Positions 1 to 8,624 of a stretch of DNA of 64,000 nt are shown in pieces. This DNA is from an uncultured Spirochaetaceae bacterium (GTDB taxonomy: Bacteria; Spirochaetota; Spirochaetia; DSM-27196; PWMO01): NCBI GenBank assembly GCA_964654185.1, contig CAZZIE010000005.1:4156-68155 (forward strand), in the 5' to 3' direction. Made by a program: the position numbers and the translations under genes. Positions within the stretch are counted from its first letter, which is position 1. Every line of letters begins with the position of its first letter. The notes under the pieces were generated by a model, which was not told where the DNA came from, ran no database searches, and saw only the letters and a list, made by a program, of their open reading frames with translations.

Positions 1-218
1 TGGACCCGCACCACCATCTGGAGATCCAGTGCCACGACTTCGTCCGGCGAGAGGCGACGATCGCGCGCTTCCTGCACCGACTCATCACGGAACACCCGCC
101 CGCGGCGGACCTTGCCCTGCACGTCATCGACTTCTCGCGAGAACCGCGCTGGGTCCTCCCCTGGGCGGAAGGCGGTGTTCGCCGCTTTCTCGAGGAGCGC
201 CGCGGGGCGTTGCGCTGA
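1..218 (+). CDS. 3' end of an unidentified gene entering from upstream (partial)
   Basis: Frame 3 is open from the window edge to TGA at 216-218. It reads ...HLEIQCHDFVRREATIARFLHRLITEHPPAADLALHVIDFSREPRWVLPWAEGGVRRFLEERRGALR with GC-rich third positions. The listed 29..304 ORF in another frame is Arg/Pro-rich noise. No family recognised. Confidence 0.35.
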   Translation, partial: DPHHHLEIQCHDFVRREATIARFLHRLITEHPPAADLALHVIDFSREPRWVLPWAEGGVRRFLEERRGALR

Positions 219-353
219 CGGCACCGCGCATCACGGTCGTACAACGCAGAGCTCTCATGCGTGATCGCTACGTAATGGTGACCACACCGTTACCACCCTG
301 GTAATCAATGTTCTTGCGAGGCCGCCGTACATGCACTATCTTGTGCTAACTCA

Positions 354-2057
354 ATGGCGCGTAAGGGCTCGTCCGCAGACGGACATTTCGAACTGTTCTA
401 CCGGGACGGCTGGGCACATCTGACGGTGTATCCACCCGCCGATGACGGTCAACCGGTGTACCACGACGACATTCGCAACCGCATGCGCGTTCTCGGCGTT
501 CCCCACGTGGATCCCGGACGGATCCGGCAGATCGCCGACGAGGCCACGGGGGAGCCGGTGAAGCTGGTGGAGTGGCCCGACGGCGAACGCCTGGCCTCCC
601 GGGTAATCGTCTCCGTAGCGGAAGACGAGATGGCCGCGACGGTCACGGTTACCGCTCCGAGGAAGGGAGCCGCCCCACCAACCCGCGAGTCCATCCGCGG
701 CGCACTCCAGGAGGCGGGAGTCCTCTTCGGCATTGACGGCGACGCCGTTCACAGCCTCCTGGAGGATCAGCGGTACAACGAGGCCGTGACCGTAGCTCAC
801 GGGCAGCCGGCGGTGCACGCCGAATCGGCGCATATTGAGTACCACTTCAACACCAATCGGGGAAGACCCTACCTGGAGCTCGAGTTCGGACGCATTGATC
901 TGCGAGAGCTCAACTTCATTGAGAACAAGTACGAGGGCGATGTTCTCGCCACGCTGGTCCCCCCGGTGAGCCCGCAGGACGGCCGCACCGTGACCGGTGC
1001 GCCGGTTCCCGCACGGACGGATACCCGGGAGGTGCGCCTGGAGGCCGGCGAGAATACCGTGCTCAGTGACGACGGCACCACCCTCTACGCCGGCATGGAC
1101 GGGAACGCAAAGCTCTCCCGGGGCCGGGTGGTGGTCGAGCCGGTCGTCCACGTCAAGAACGTGAATTACGGGACCGGAAACATCGACTTCGACGGATCCG
1201 TTGTGGTGGAGAAGGACATTGCCGATCGCTTCGTGGTCAAGGCGGGAGGGGACATACAGGTCGGCGGCGGCGTCGGCAGGGCCACACTCATTGCCGGAGG
1301 CAACGTCCTGCTGAAGCGGGGAATCAACGGTGGCGGCGAGGGTCGTATTGAGTGCGGGGGGAACCTCTTCGCGAAGTTCGTGGAGAGCTCCACCGTGCTC
1401 TCGAAGAAGAACGTGCTCCTGGAAGAGGCGATCCTGCACAGTCGCGTTTCGGCGTGGAAGCACTGCCTTCTCAACGGGCGGCGCGCCGAGGTGATCGGGT
1501 CCGCCGTCATTGTCGGGGGGAGCCTCTGGTGCAAGAAGCTCGGAAGCGTTGCTGAGGCGGAGCTCCATGTCGCTGTGGGCATTTCACCTGACTTCGTCCT
1601 GGAGTTCCGCCGCACCCGGGAGCTCCTTGCCGCGCGGGAAGAGCGCCTGTCTACGGTTCAGGAGCAACTCGAACAGCTCGACCGGGCGTTCCAGGAGGGT
1701 CACACCGCCGAGAAGCTGCGCAAGGCGCAGGAGCAACTCGCCGCGGAGGCGACAACGGTGAACCAGGAGGTTCGCGAGCTTCGCCATCTCTTCCACGACA
1801 TGCGCGACCGCATGGAGGCGAGCCGGAAGAGCCTGGTCGTGGTTGAGGACAGCGTTTACAAGGGCGCCGTCATCACCTTCGGCACCGCGGAGTACCGCGC
1901 CCCCGACCGTGGCACCCGCAAGACCATCTTCAAGTTCGACGGCCGGGCCATCCAGGAAGTGGGCTACAATTCCGCCGATGCCCCGAAGATCGATTTCGAA
2001 GAGGAATCCGATCCGGCCGGCACCCCCCGGCCCCCCGGCGAAGAGCCGCCCGCATAG
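354..2057 (+). CDS. FapA / DUF342 family protein (flagellar-assembly-protein-A-like)
   Basis: 567 aa. N-terminus GHFELFYRDGWAHLTVYPP, then a Gly-rich beta-helix-like core (GNIDFDGSVVVEKDI..GGDIQVGGGVGRATLIAGGNVLLKRGINGGGEGRIECGGNLFAKF) and a C-terminal coiled coil. This is the typical DUF342 architecture. Confidence 0.8.
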   Translation: MARKGSSADGHFELFYRDGWAHLTVYPPADDGQPVYHDDIRNRMRVLGVPHVDPGRIRQIADEATGEPVKLVEWPDGERLASRVIVSVAEDEMAATVTVTAPRKGAAPPTRESIRGALQEAGVLFGIDGDAVHSLLEDQRYNEAVTVAHGQPAVHAESAHIEYHFNTNRGRPYLELEFGRIDLRELNFIENKYEGDVLATLVPPVSPQDGRTVTGAPVPARTDTREVRLEAGENTVLSDDGTTLYAGMDGNAKLSRGRVVVEPVVHVKNVNYGTGNIDFDGSVVVEKDIADRFVVKAGGDIQVGGGVGRATLIAGGNVLLKRGINGGGEGRIECGGNLFAKFVESSTVLSKKNVLLEEAILHSRVSAWKHCLLNGRRAEVIGSAVIVGGSLWCKKLGSVAEAELHVAVGISPDFVLEFRRTRELLAAREERLSTVQEQLEQLDRAFQEGHTAEKLRKAQEQLAAEATTVNQEVRELRHLFHDMRDRMEASRKSLVVVEDSVYKGAVITFGTAEYRAPDRGTRKTIFKFDGRAIQEVGYNSADAPKIDFEEESDPAGTPRPPGEEPPA

Positions 2058-2270
2058 TCTCTCCGGCGCCAAATATACATTTTGCTATAAACACACTTGA
2101 CTATATCGATAAGTCAATATAGAGTTGCCCTACAATACATCCAATACAAGTGACACCGTACCGGCGCGTCCGTGCCGCACGATTGTTACCTGCACCCCTT
2201 CGGGGGAGCTGGATCCCGAGCGTCGTGTGCCCGCCGCACTCCCGGTGAGAAGTGTCAAATGGAGAGAGCT

Positions 2271-2891
2271 ATGAAGCGACTATTTGGACTCGCCCTGCTG
2301 GCAGTCCTCCTTATTGTGGCCATCGGCTGTGACAACTCCTCGACCGCAGAGGCGGAAGGGGAAGGTGAAGCACAGGCCCAGGCCGCGGAGATCCCCGAGA
2401 ACGCCATTCCCGTGGAGAACGCCTTCAAGTTCACCCACGTGAACGGGCACAAGGAAGAGAACGAGTTCACCGCCTTCGTCATGTTCGAGTACGAGCAGCT
2501 CGAGACGGTGAAATATCAGGTCGGCTACATTGCCTGCACCTGCCGCAGCCCCGAGGTGAACTACTGGACCGTTGCCTTTGTGGAGATCAACAAGGCCGAC
2601 AACACCATTGAGACCTTCTCCATGGATGAGGACAGCACCGGCAAGTACACCGCCGGCATGTACGGCGACAGTGTGAAGTCCTGGGACGGCACGCCCGTGC
2701 AGCAGCCCTTCTACGACAAGTTCATCCCTGAGAACATCCTTGGCGCGACCGAGGAGCAGATCGACTCCTACGAGGCCATGCACGGCCAGGCGGATGCCTA
2801 CACCGGCGCAACGGTGACCCCGAACAACGCCATGCGCATGCTCCAGGGACTGTTCGACTACCACAACCGCAATTACGGAAGCGACGCGTAA
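2271..2891 (+). CDS. Exported lipoprotein with FMN_bind-like domain and a flavinylation-type motif
   Basis: I start at ATG 2271 (MKRLFGLALLAVLLIVAIGC, lipobox IGC) rather than at the ORF maximum 2172. A C-terminal ..ADAYTGATVTPNNAMRMLQGLF fits the D-x-x-[ST]-G-A-[ST] covalent-FMN site pattern of NqrC/RnfG-type FMN_bind domains. Confidence 0.65.
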   Translation: MKRLFGLALLAVLLIVAIGCDNSSTAEAEGEGEAQAQAAEIPENAIPVENAFKFTHVNGHKEENEFTAFVMFEYEQLETVKYQVGYIACTCRSPEVNYWTVAFVEINKADNTIETFSMDEDSTGKYTAGMYGDSVKSWDGTPVQQPFYDKFIPENILGATEEQIDSYEAMHGQADAYTGATVTPNNAMRMLQGLFDYHNRNYGSDA

Positions 2892-2940
2892 CGTCTGTTG
2901 CGTCGCGACGACTGACAAAACTACACGGGAGGTATCCCCC

Positions 2941-3831
2941 ATGCGACGAATTGCATTACTGCTTGTTGCAGTGCTTCTTGCTGTGCTGGTCATCGGCTGT
3001 TCTTCGACTGCCGAGCAGACCACACTCACCGGTGATGAAGAGATCACCATGGCCACCATCGATGAGTATCTGAATGCCGACGCCCGTTTCGTTGACCTGC
3101 GTGACTTCGCAGACATGTTCAGCGGCGGCTACGTTGCCGGCTTTGAGGTCGTGCCCTTCTTCGAGTACCTCGAGGGCCGCGCCCTTGTGCGGAACAACGG
3201 CTGGGAGTACTCCTCCGCCGATGTGGCAAACGAGGCCGTGCTCGAGAACATCTTTGGACCCAAGGAAGAGCCCGTTGTCCTGATGTGCGGTTCCGGCACC
3301 CGCGCCGGTTACGTGAAGAACGCGCTGAAAGACATTGGCTACACCACCGTCTTCAACGCCGGCGGCATTCGTGACTACGACGGAGAGAACAAGATCCTCG
3401 GTGACGGCGAGTACGCCGGTCTGGAAGCGCTCCCCGAAGCTGTCACCATGGCCAACATTGACCAGTACCTCGGACGCGAAGGCGCCAAATACGTCGACCT
3501 TCGCAACGTCGAGGACAAGTACGTCGGCGGCTACATCGACGGCTTTGAGGTGGTCTCCTTCTTCCAGTATCTCGAAGGCCGCGCCTTCGTCCGCAACAAC
3601 GGCTGGGAGTTCTCGGAAGAGGACATTGAGTCCGCAGCTGTCCTGGAGAACGTCTTCGGCCCGAAGGATCGCGAAGTATTCGTGATGTGCGGCTCCGGAA
3701 CGCGTTCCGGCTACACGAAGGAAGCCCTCGAGGCCATTGGCTACGAAGAGGTCTACAACGTAGGCGGCATTCGGGACTATCAGGGAGACAACAAGGTCCT
3801 TGGCGACTCCAGCTTCTCCCTGCAGCTCTAG
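2941..3831 (+). CDS. Lipoprotein with two tandem rhodanese-like domains
   Basis: Signal and lipobox MRRIALLLVAVLLAVLVIGCSS. Two roughly 119-aa repeats each carry a C-x5-R type active-site loop (MCGSGTRAGY and MCGSGTRSGY) followed by GGIRDY. Confidence 0.8.
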   Translation: MRRIALLLVAVLLAVLVIGCSSTAEQTTLTGDEEITMATIDEYLNADARFVDLRDFADMFSGGYVAGFEVVPFFEYLEGRALVRNNGWEYSSADVANEAVLENIFGPKEEPVVLMCGSGTRAGYVKNALKDIGYTTVFNAGGIRDYDGENKILGDGEYAGLEALPEAVTMANIDQYLGREGAKYVDLRNVEDKYVGGYIDGFEVVSFFQYLEGRAFVRNNGWEFSEEDIESAAVLENVFGPKDREVFVMCGSGTRSGYTKEALEAIGYEEVYNVGGIRDYQGDNKVLGDSSFSLQL

Positions 3832-3923
3832 TGCTGCAGCGTTGATCCGACTTACCCTGGGGTGAGTCACGTCCAGGCCGCGCCGCTCGCAGGGGTTACC
3901 TTTCGGCGACGGCTGGATTCCGA

Positions 3924-3956
3924 GGCCGGTGAGTGTGATCACTCATCGGCCTTTTT
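3924..3956 (+). terminator. Rho-independent terminator after the FMN-binding/rhodanese operon
   Basis: GGCCGGTGAGTG-tgat-CACTCATCGGCC forms a 12-bp stem with one G-U pair, followed by TTTTT at 3952-3956. Confidence 0.7.
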
Positions 3957-3974
3957 CGTGAAGACGGCCGCGCA

Positions 3975-4059
3975 CCGGTGCACGGGCCGGCAGCGGGCCG
4001 GCGCGGGGATTGCCACGCGCGCCGGTCCGGGGGCCGGTGCACGGGCCGGCAGCGGGCCG
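3975..4059. repeat. Perfect 26-bp direct repeat, two copies, 59-bp period
   Basis: CCGGTGCACGGGCCGGCAGCGGGCCG occurs at 3975-4000 and again at 4034-4059, in the non-coding region upstream of the 4130 gene. Confidence 0.85.
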
Positions 4060-4129
4060 CCACGCGGGGCACCGCACCGGTAGCCACGGACTGCCCCAGC
4101 TGATACGTTACACACCACCGGAGAATGAC

Positions 4130-5020
4130 ATGACAAACGAGCACTCACGAAAACCCAGAGGCATGCGACGCGGCGTCCTCCGCCTTGGTGCCCTCGCCGC
4201 CATCCCGGGATTTCTCCTTTCCTGCACCACCATGGAGCGCCGCGCCGGCGCCTACGTCCGGGATGCACGGGAGACGGCATTCACGGAGGAGAGCAGCGGC
4301 GAGGAAGTAATTACCGAGGCGGATCTGAAGGATCTTCCACCGGTCGTACAGCGCTACTTTCGATTCGCCCGGGTTGTCGGGAAGCCGAAGATCCGCAGCT
4401 TCGGGTTTGTCATGGAGGGACGGATTCGGCAGTCCGCGGATGCTGCGTGGATGCCCTTTGTCTCGCGGCAGTACAACGATCTGCGAAATCCGGCGCGCGT
4501 TTACTACATCAACGCAGAGAACAACCCCATGACCGGCATTGACAGCTATCTGGAGGGCAAGGGGCGCATGCACATCAAGCTCTTCAATCTGATCACCGTG
4601 GGTGACTCGACCGGACCGGAGATGGACCGGGCCGCGCTGGTGACCTTTCTGAACGATCTCATGGTTTCCCCGAACGCCTACTTCTCGGTTCCCGTCCAGT
4701 GGCGTCAGATCGACGACTCTCATGCGGAGCTCTCCCTCACCCACGCAGGCATGACGGTCACCGCAACGCTCACCTTCGACGCGGAGGGACGCATTGTGAA
4801 CTGGGAGAGTAACGACCGCTACGCCGAGATCGACGGCGCCTTCCTCCCGGATCGCTGGTCCACACCCATTGAGGAGTACGGGGAGCTCCGGGGCATGCGC
4901 GTCCCGGCCAAAGCGCGGGGCGTCCACAACGTCGACGGCAACCCCTACACCTACGTGGAGCTGAACCGCCTGACCGCGCTGGAGTGGAATCCCGACGCCC
5001 TCCCCGGCGCCGGACGCTAA
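4130..5020 (+). CDS. Hypothetical lipoprotein (possibly DUF6544-like)
   Basis: I start at ATG 4130 (MTNEHSRKPRGMRRGVLRLGALAAIPGFLLSC, lipobox LLSC). The conserved-looking block DLKDLPPVVQRYFRF recalls DUF6544 from memory only. Coding-type codon bias. Confidence 0.55.
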   Translation: MTNEHSRKPRGMRRGVLRLGALAAIPGFLLSCTTMERRAGAYVRDARETAFTEESSGEEVITEADLKDLPPVVQRYFRFARVVGKPKIRSFGFVMEGRIRQSADAAWMPFVSRQYNDLRNPARVYYINAENNPMTGIDSYLEGKGRMHIKLFNLITVGDSTGPEMDRAALVTFLNDLMVSPNAYFSVPVQWRQIDDSHAELSLTHAGMTVTATLTFDAEGRIVNWESNDRYAEIDGAFLPDRWSTPIEEYGELRGMRVPAKARGVHNVDGNPYTYVELNRLTALEWNPDALPGAGR

Positions 5021-5059
5021 GGCGCGCGGATCCGCGCCGCCGCTATACTGAACGTTGAA

Positions 5060-5929
5060 ATGCACACCCCCGAAATACTCACCGATCGCGCGCAGCAAGC
5101 TCTCGATCTTCTCCAGGATTGCGCGGTCTGTCCGCGGAAGTGCCGCGTCGACCGTAGCGCGGATGAGCTCGGCGTCTGCGGGATCGGGCGGGAGGCGCTG
5201 GTGGCGAGCTACGGACCCCACTTCGGCGAGGAGCGGCCCCTCGTCTCCCGGGGCGGCTCGGGTACCATCTTCTTTTCCGGGTGCAACCTGCTCTGCAGCT
5301 TCTGCCAGAACTGCGACATCAGCCACGGCCGGGTCGGCCGCCGCACGGATGCCGAAGGGCTGGCGTGGATCATGCGCTACCTCCAGCGTTCCGGCTGCGA
5401 GAACATCAACCTGGTCACGCCGAGCCACGTCGTCCCGCAGATCCTGGAAGCTCTCGCTCTCGCCGACGACGTGACCCTGCCGATCGTCTACAACACCAAC
5501 AGCTACGACTCCCTGGAAACCCTTCGCCTCCTGGACGGGGTCGTCGACATCTACCTGGCGGACTTCAAGTTCTGGAAGGGCGAAGGCCTCCCTTTTTTGT
5601 CTGGAGTCGATGATTACGGCGCTACCGCCGCAGAGGCCCTTCGCGAGATGCACCGGCAAGTCGGGGATCTGGAGGTACGAGGCGGGCGGGCGGTCCGCGG
5701 CCTCATGGTGCGCCACCTGGTCATGCCCGGCGACGTCTCGGATACGGGGCGGATCATGGAGTTCATCGCCGGCCTTTCGAAAGACACCTACGTGAACGTC
5801 ATGCCGCAGTACACCCCGCACTACCACGCCGTACACGACCCGGTCATCGGCCGACGCATCTCCGAGCGGGAGTTCGTCGCCGCAGTGGACGCCGCGCGGC
5901 AGGCGGGGCTGCGGCGGATCGAGACATGA
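5060..5929 (+). CDS. Radical SAM protein, PflX-like (pyruvate formate-lyase activase-related)
   Basis: CNLLCSFCQN is a CxxxCxxC radical-SAM cluster motif. An additional N-terminal Cys cluster CAVCPRKCRVDR..GVCG is present. Length 289 aa. Confidence 0.8.
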   Translation: MHTPEILTDRAQQALDLLQDCAVCPRKCRVDRSADELGVCGIGREALVASYGPHFGEERPLVSRGGSGTIFFSGCNLLCSFCQNCDISHGRVGRRTDAEGLAWIMRYLQRSGCENINLVTPSHVVPQILEALALADDVTLPIVYNTNSYDSLETLRLLDGVVDIYLADFKFWKGEGLPFLSGVDDYGATAAEALREMHRQVGDLEVRGGRAVRGLMVRHLVMPGDVSDTGRIMEFIAGLSKDTYVNVMPQYTPHYHAVHDPVIGRRISEREFVAAVDAARQAGLRRIET

Positions 5930-6069
5930 GTCGCGGGTCATGCGGGCCGGCGCCTGGAGGGTTCCCGCCGGCGGTACGTGGTGGAGCCGGCGCCGGCGCA
6001 GCCCGCGGGTGGCCCCCTGCGGGCGCCGCGCTGCGGGCGCCCTGGATTCGCTCGTTGAAGGAGGAACTG

Positions 6070-6501
6070 ATGAGTCATGAGTACAACCTGCAACGGTTCG
6101 TAGATGCCCAGGAGCGCGTCGTTGATGCCGTAACGCGGGAGCTCCGGGATGGTGCAAAGCGAAGCCACTGGATGTGGTTCGTCTTTCCCCAGATTAAGGG
6201 ACTCGGGCGAAGCTCCACGGCGCAGCACTACGCCATTGGCTCCCTTGACGAGGCGAAGGCGTACCTGGAGCACCCGGTTCTGGGCAAACGGCTCCGGGAA
6301 TGGACGCAGATCCTCCTGAACCTCGAGGGGCCTTCGGCGGAACAGATCTTCGGCTATCCGGACTATCTCAAGTTCCGCTCGTCAATGACCCTCTTCAGCC
6401 GGGTTCCCGGGGCGCCGGACCTGTTTCAACGGGCTTTGGACAAGTATTACGGCGGGAAGCCTGACGGGGCCACGCTCAGAATCCTGGGTCTTCCGGGGTA
6501 G
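6070..6501 (+). CDS. DUF1810 family protein
   Basis: I start at ATG 6070 (MSHEYNLQRFVDAQ..). HWMWFVFPQIKGLGRSSTAQHYAI and FGYPDYLKFRSSMTLF are the characteristic DUF1810 blocks. Confidence 0.8.
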   Translation: MSHEYNLQRFVDAQERVVDAVTRELRDGAKRSHWMWFVFPQIKGLGRSSTAQHYAIGSLDEAKAYLEHPVLGKRLREWTQILLNLEGPSAEQIFGYPDYLKFRSSMTLFSRVPGAPDLFQRALDKYYGGKPDGATLRILGLPG

Positions 6502-6628
6502 ACCACTGCCGAACGCCCTCTCCCCTGAATCCTTCACAAGAGACGGTACACTACAGGGCCTCGTTTGTTCTTGACGGTCCCGGGCACCTCACCTACCATC
6601 GAGCCAAAAAGGCGGTAGACCTCCGGTC

Positions 6629-8557
6629 ATGCGTACACGAGAGTTTCTCCGCGCTTCGGCGCTCCTTGTCCTGGCAGCAGCTTCGTCGATCGTCCCCGCT
6701 CAGGTTCACGCTCAAGCACGAACCGTCGCACTGGCACCTCTGGCGCCACCCGAGGGCCGCCCGGAGCTGGTGGCAGCGGTTGAACAGGTCAACCGCACCG
6801 CCCTGCTCACCCTGCAGCTCCTCGGCGACTACGATGTATCCCGACTCGACGACCGGGACGCCCTGACCGATCCGGAAGAGGCGCGCCGGCTGGCAGAGGA
6901 GAACGGGTACGACAACGTCATCTTTGGCGAGGCCCGGCTCAACGAGCAGGGTCAGCTGGTCCTTTCCATGCGCGTCTACGACCGCTTTCTGGACGAGGTG
7001 ACCCTGGAGTCGACGCAGGTCGCCCGCCGGCTCCTCGCGGTCTTCGACACCGCGGACATCCTGGTGACGGAGCTGGTATCCGCCTTCAGCGGCAGGGTGA
7101 TTCGCTTTGGCGCCATTGACCTCCGCCTGCAACCGCAGGCCGCCGCCGTTTCGATCTCCCTGGACGGGACGGCCATTGCGAACGTGTCGAAGGCCTTCGA
7201 CCGAGTACTCACGGGAGAGCGGACGGTCCGCGTGAGCCAGGAGCGTATGTTCGGGGAAACCACCATCTTCGAGCGCAGCGTTTTCGTAGAGGCAGACGAG
7301 ACGGCCCGAATCAGCGTCGAGATCCCGGAGCTCACGCGGCGCGAAGCGCAGACCCTCAATGAGCTCTCCCGGACCATTCGGGAGTCCTTGGCCCTTCGAA
7401 GCGCACGTCAGGAGGTCTCGGATGCACTCTCCCGCCTGGGCGAGGTGGTCGCAGATTCCTCCTACTCTCCCGCCATCCTGGAATGGCAGGATCGATACGC
7501 GCAACTTCAGGGCGAGTTCGAGCTCGCTGAACTTGGCAGGGACATTCTCGACTGGCGTGAGGGAGACCCGGACGCCGGGCCCGGCACCGCCGCGGCGCGT
7601 ACCCTGGCGCTTTACCGGAGTGCAAATGCATACCGGGATCCCGCAAGAATTCGGAACGGCGCCGCGACCAACCTTCGCGTCTACATGGAGCTCCTGGCGC
7701 TGCGATCCGCCGGCTATCTATCAGAGCGCGACTTTGCCGCCGCGGAAGAGCAACTCCTTGCAGCTACCGACAGCGAGCTCGGCTTGACGGGTTCGCTACG
7801 TGGGGCGCAGGAGGCGCTTGATGCCGACCTCACCTTCCTGCGGGAGCTCGTCGACGAGCGCGACCGCCTTGCCGATCGGGGGAGCCCCTTCTGGGACGGC
7901 ACCGCCCTGGTCGGCGGCCTGGCCTTCGGGGCGGGTTCGGGTTACCTCTTTGCTACCGATTACGCGACCACCCTCTATCAGGACGCCATGACCACCTACG
8001 AGGAACAGTACGTTCCTGCCACCGAAGCGAGCGAGGCGGAGTCTCTCCACCGGGAGGTGCGCCGGGAGATCGTCCTGGCAAACACCCTGGAAATCGCCAA
8101 GTGGGCGGGCCTGGGCCTCTCTCCGGCGGGGGTCTTCCAGGCCGTTCGCGGATGGTACCGGCGCCGGGTCGCTCCGGACCGCTACGTGTCCGAGCAGCTC
8201 GAAGCGCACTTCGGCCGGGAGATGGACGCCGCACTCTCGCTCTTCGGAGACGACCAGCGCCGGCGCGGCGCGGCGCGGCGTCGCGCCGGTGCCGACCCGC
8301 TGCAACTCGTCGTCACGGGGTTTCCGGCGGACACCCCGGTGGCCGTGGACGGCCGCACGATCGGCGCGACGCCGCTGGTCCGGGAGATCGATCCCACCGG
8401 GGACGGCACGGCCTCGATCGGGGACTCCAGGGCGGGCGGCGACGCCCGGACGGGTGGCGGGGCGGGCGTCCAGGGCCGCGAGCTCACCGTAATCGTCGGC
8501 GAGCAAAACTTCAGAATACCCGCGGAGCCGGGACGCCGCGTCGTGGTGCCGCGCTGA
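6629..8557 (+). CDS. Secreted protein with PEGA-like domains
   Basis: Signal peptide MRTREFLRASALLVLAAASSIVPAQVHA. PEGA-like stretches are ISLDGTAIANV..RTVRVSQE and VVTGFPADTPVAVDGRTIGATPLVREI. A plausible promoter is TTGACG-17 nt-TACCAT at about 6580-6610. Confidence 0.65.
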   Translation: MRTREFLRASALLVLAAASSIVPAQVHAQARTVALAPLAPPEGRPELVAAVEQVNRTALLTLQLLGDYDVSRLDDRDALTDPEEARRLAEENGYDNVIFGEARLNEQGQLVLSMRVYDRFLDEVTLESTQVARRLLAVFDTADILVTELVSAFSGRVIRFGAIDLRLQPQAAAVSISLDGTAIANVSKAFDRVLTGERTVRVSQERMFGETTIFERSVFVEADETARISVEIPELTRREAQTLNELSRTIRESLALRSARQEVSDALSRLGEVVADSSYSPAILEWQDRYAQLQGEFELAELGRDILDWREGDPDAGPGTAAARTLALYRSANAYRDPARIRNGAATNLRVYMELLALRSAGYLSERDFAAAEEQLLAATDSELGLTGSLRGAQEALDADLTFLRELVDERDRLADRGSPFWDGTALVGGLAFGAGSGYLFATDYATTLYQDAMTTYEEQYVPATEASEAESLHREVRREIVLANTLEIAKWAGLGLSPAGVFQAVRGWYRRRVAPDRYVSEQLEAHFGREMDAALSLFGDDQRRRGAARRRAGADPLQLVVTGFPADTPVAVDGRTIGATPLVREIDPTGDGTASIGDSRAGGDARTGGGAGVQGRELTVIVGEQNFRIPAEPGRRVVVPR

Positions 8558-8624
8558 GGCGCGATTGCGTCGTGTCGCGGGTCGCCCGGTGACGCCGGAG
8601 ACCTCTTCCGCTACACTGGAGCGC

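Noticed and set aside
29-304. 91-aa ORF at the left edge.
   Set aside because: It is Arg/Pro-rich and overlaps a better frame (frame 3, stop at 218) that looks like a genuine C-terminus. I kept the latter as a low-confidence partial CDS.
351-1568. 405-aa ORF antisense to the FapA gene. Similar long shadow ORFs: 4145..6157 (-), 7796..9484 (-), 2280..3116 (-), 2956..3942 (-).
   Set aside because: They lie opposite or overlapping genes with clear family signatures. Their translations are Arg/Pro/Gly/Ala-rich and low in complexity. They are open only because stop codons are rare in about 70% GC DNA.
2137-2270. Possible FMN or other riboswitch in the roughly 135-nt leader of the FMN-binding lipoprotein gene.
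   Set aside because: I could not find the conserved FMN-element core segments or any other riboswitch consensus by eye. Only a generic CCCC-uucg-GGGG hairpin is present. An Infernal/Rfam scan would be needed.
3975-4059. Possible mini CRISPR array (26-bp repeat, 33-bp spacer).
   Set aside because: Only two copies are present. There are no cas genes in the window. The repeat is extremely GC-rich and non-palindromic in a CRISPR-atypical way. It sits in a promoter region.
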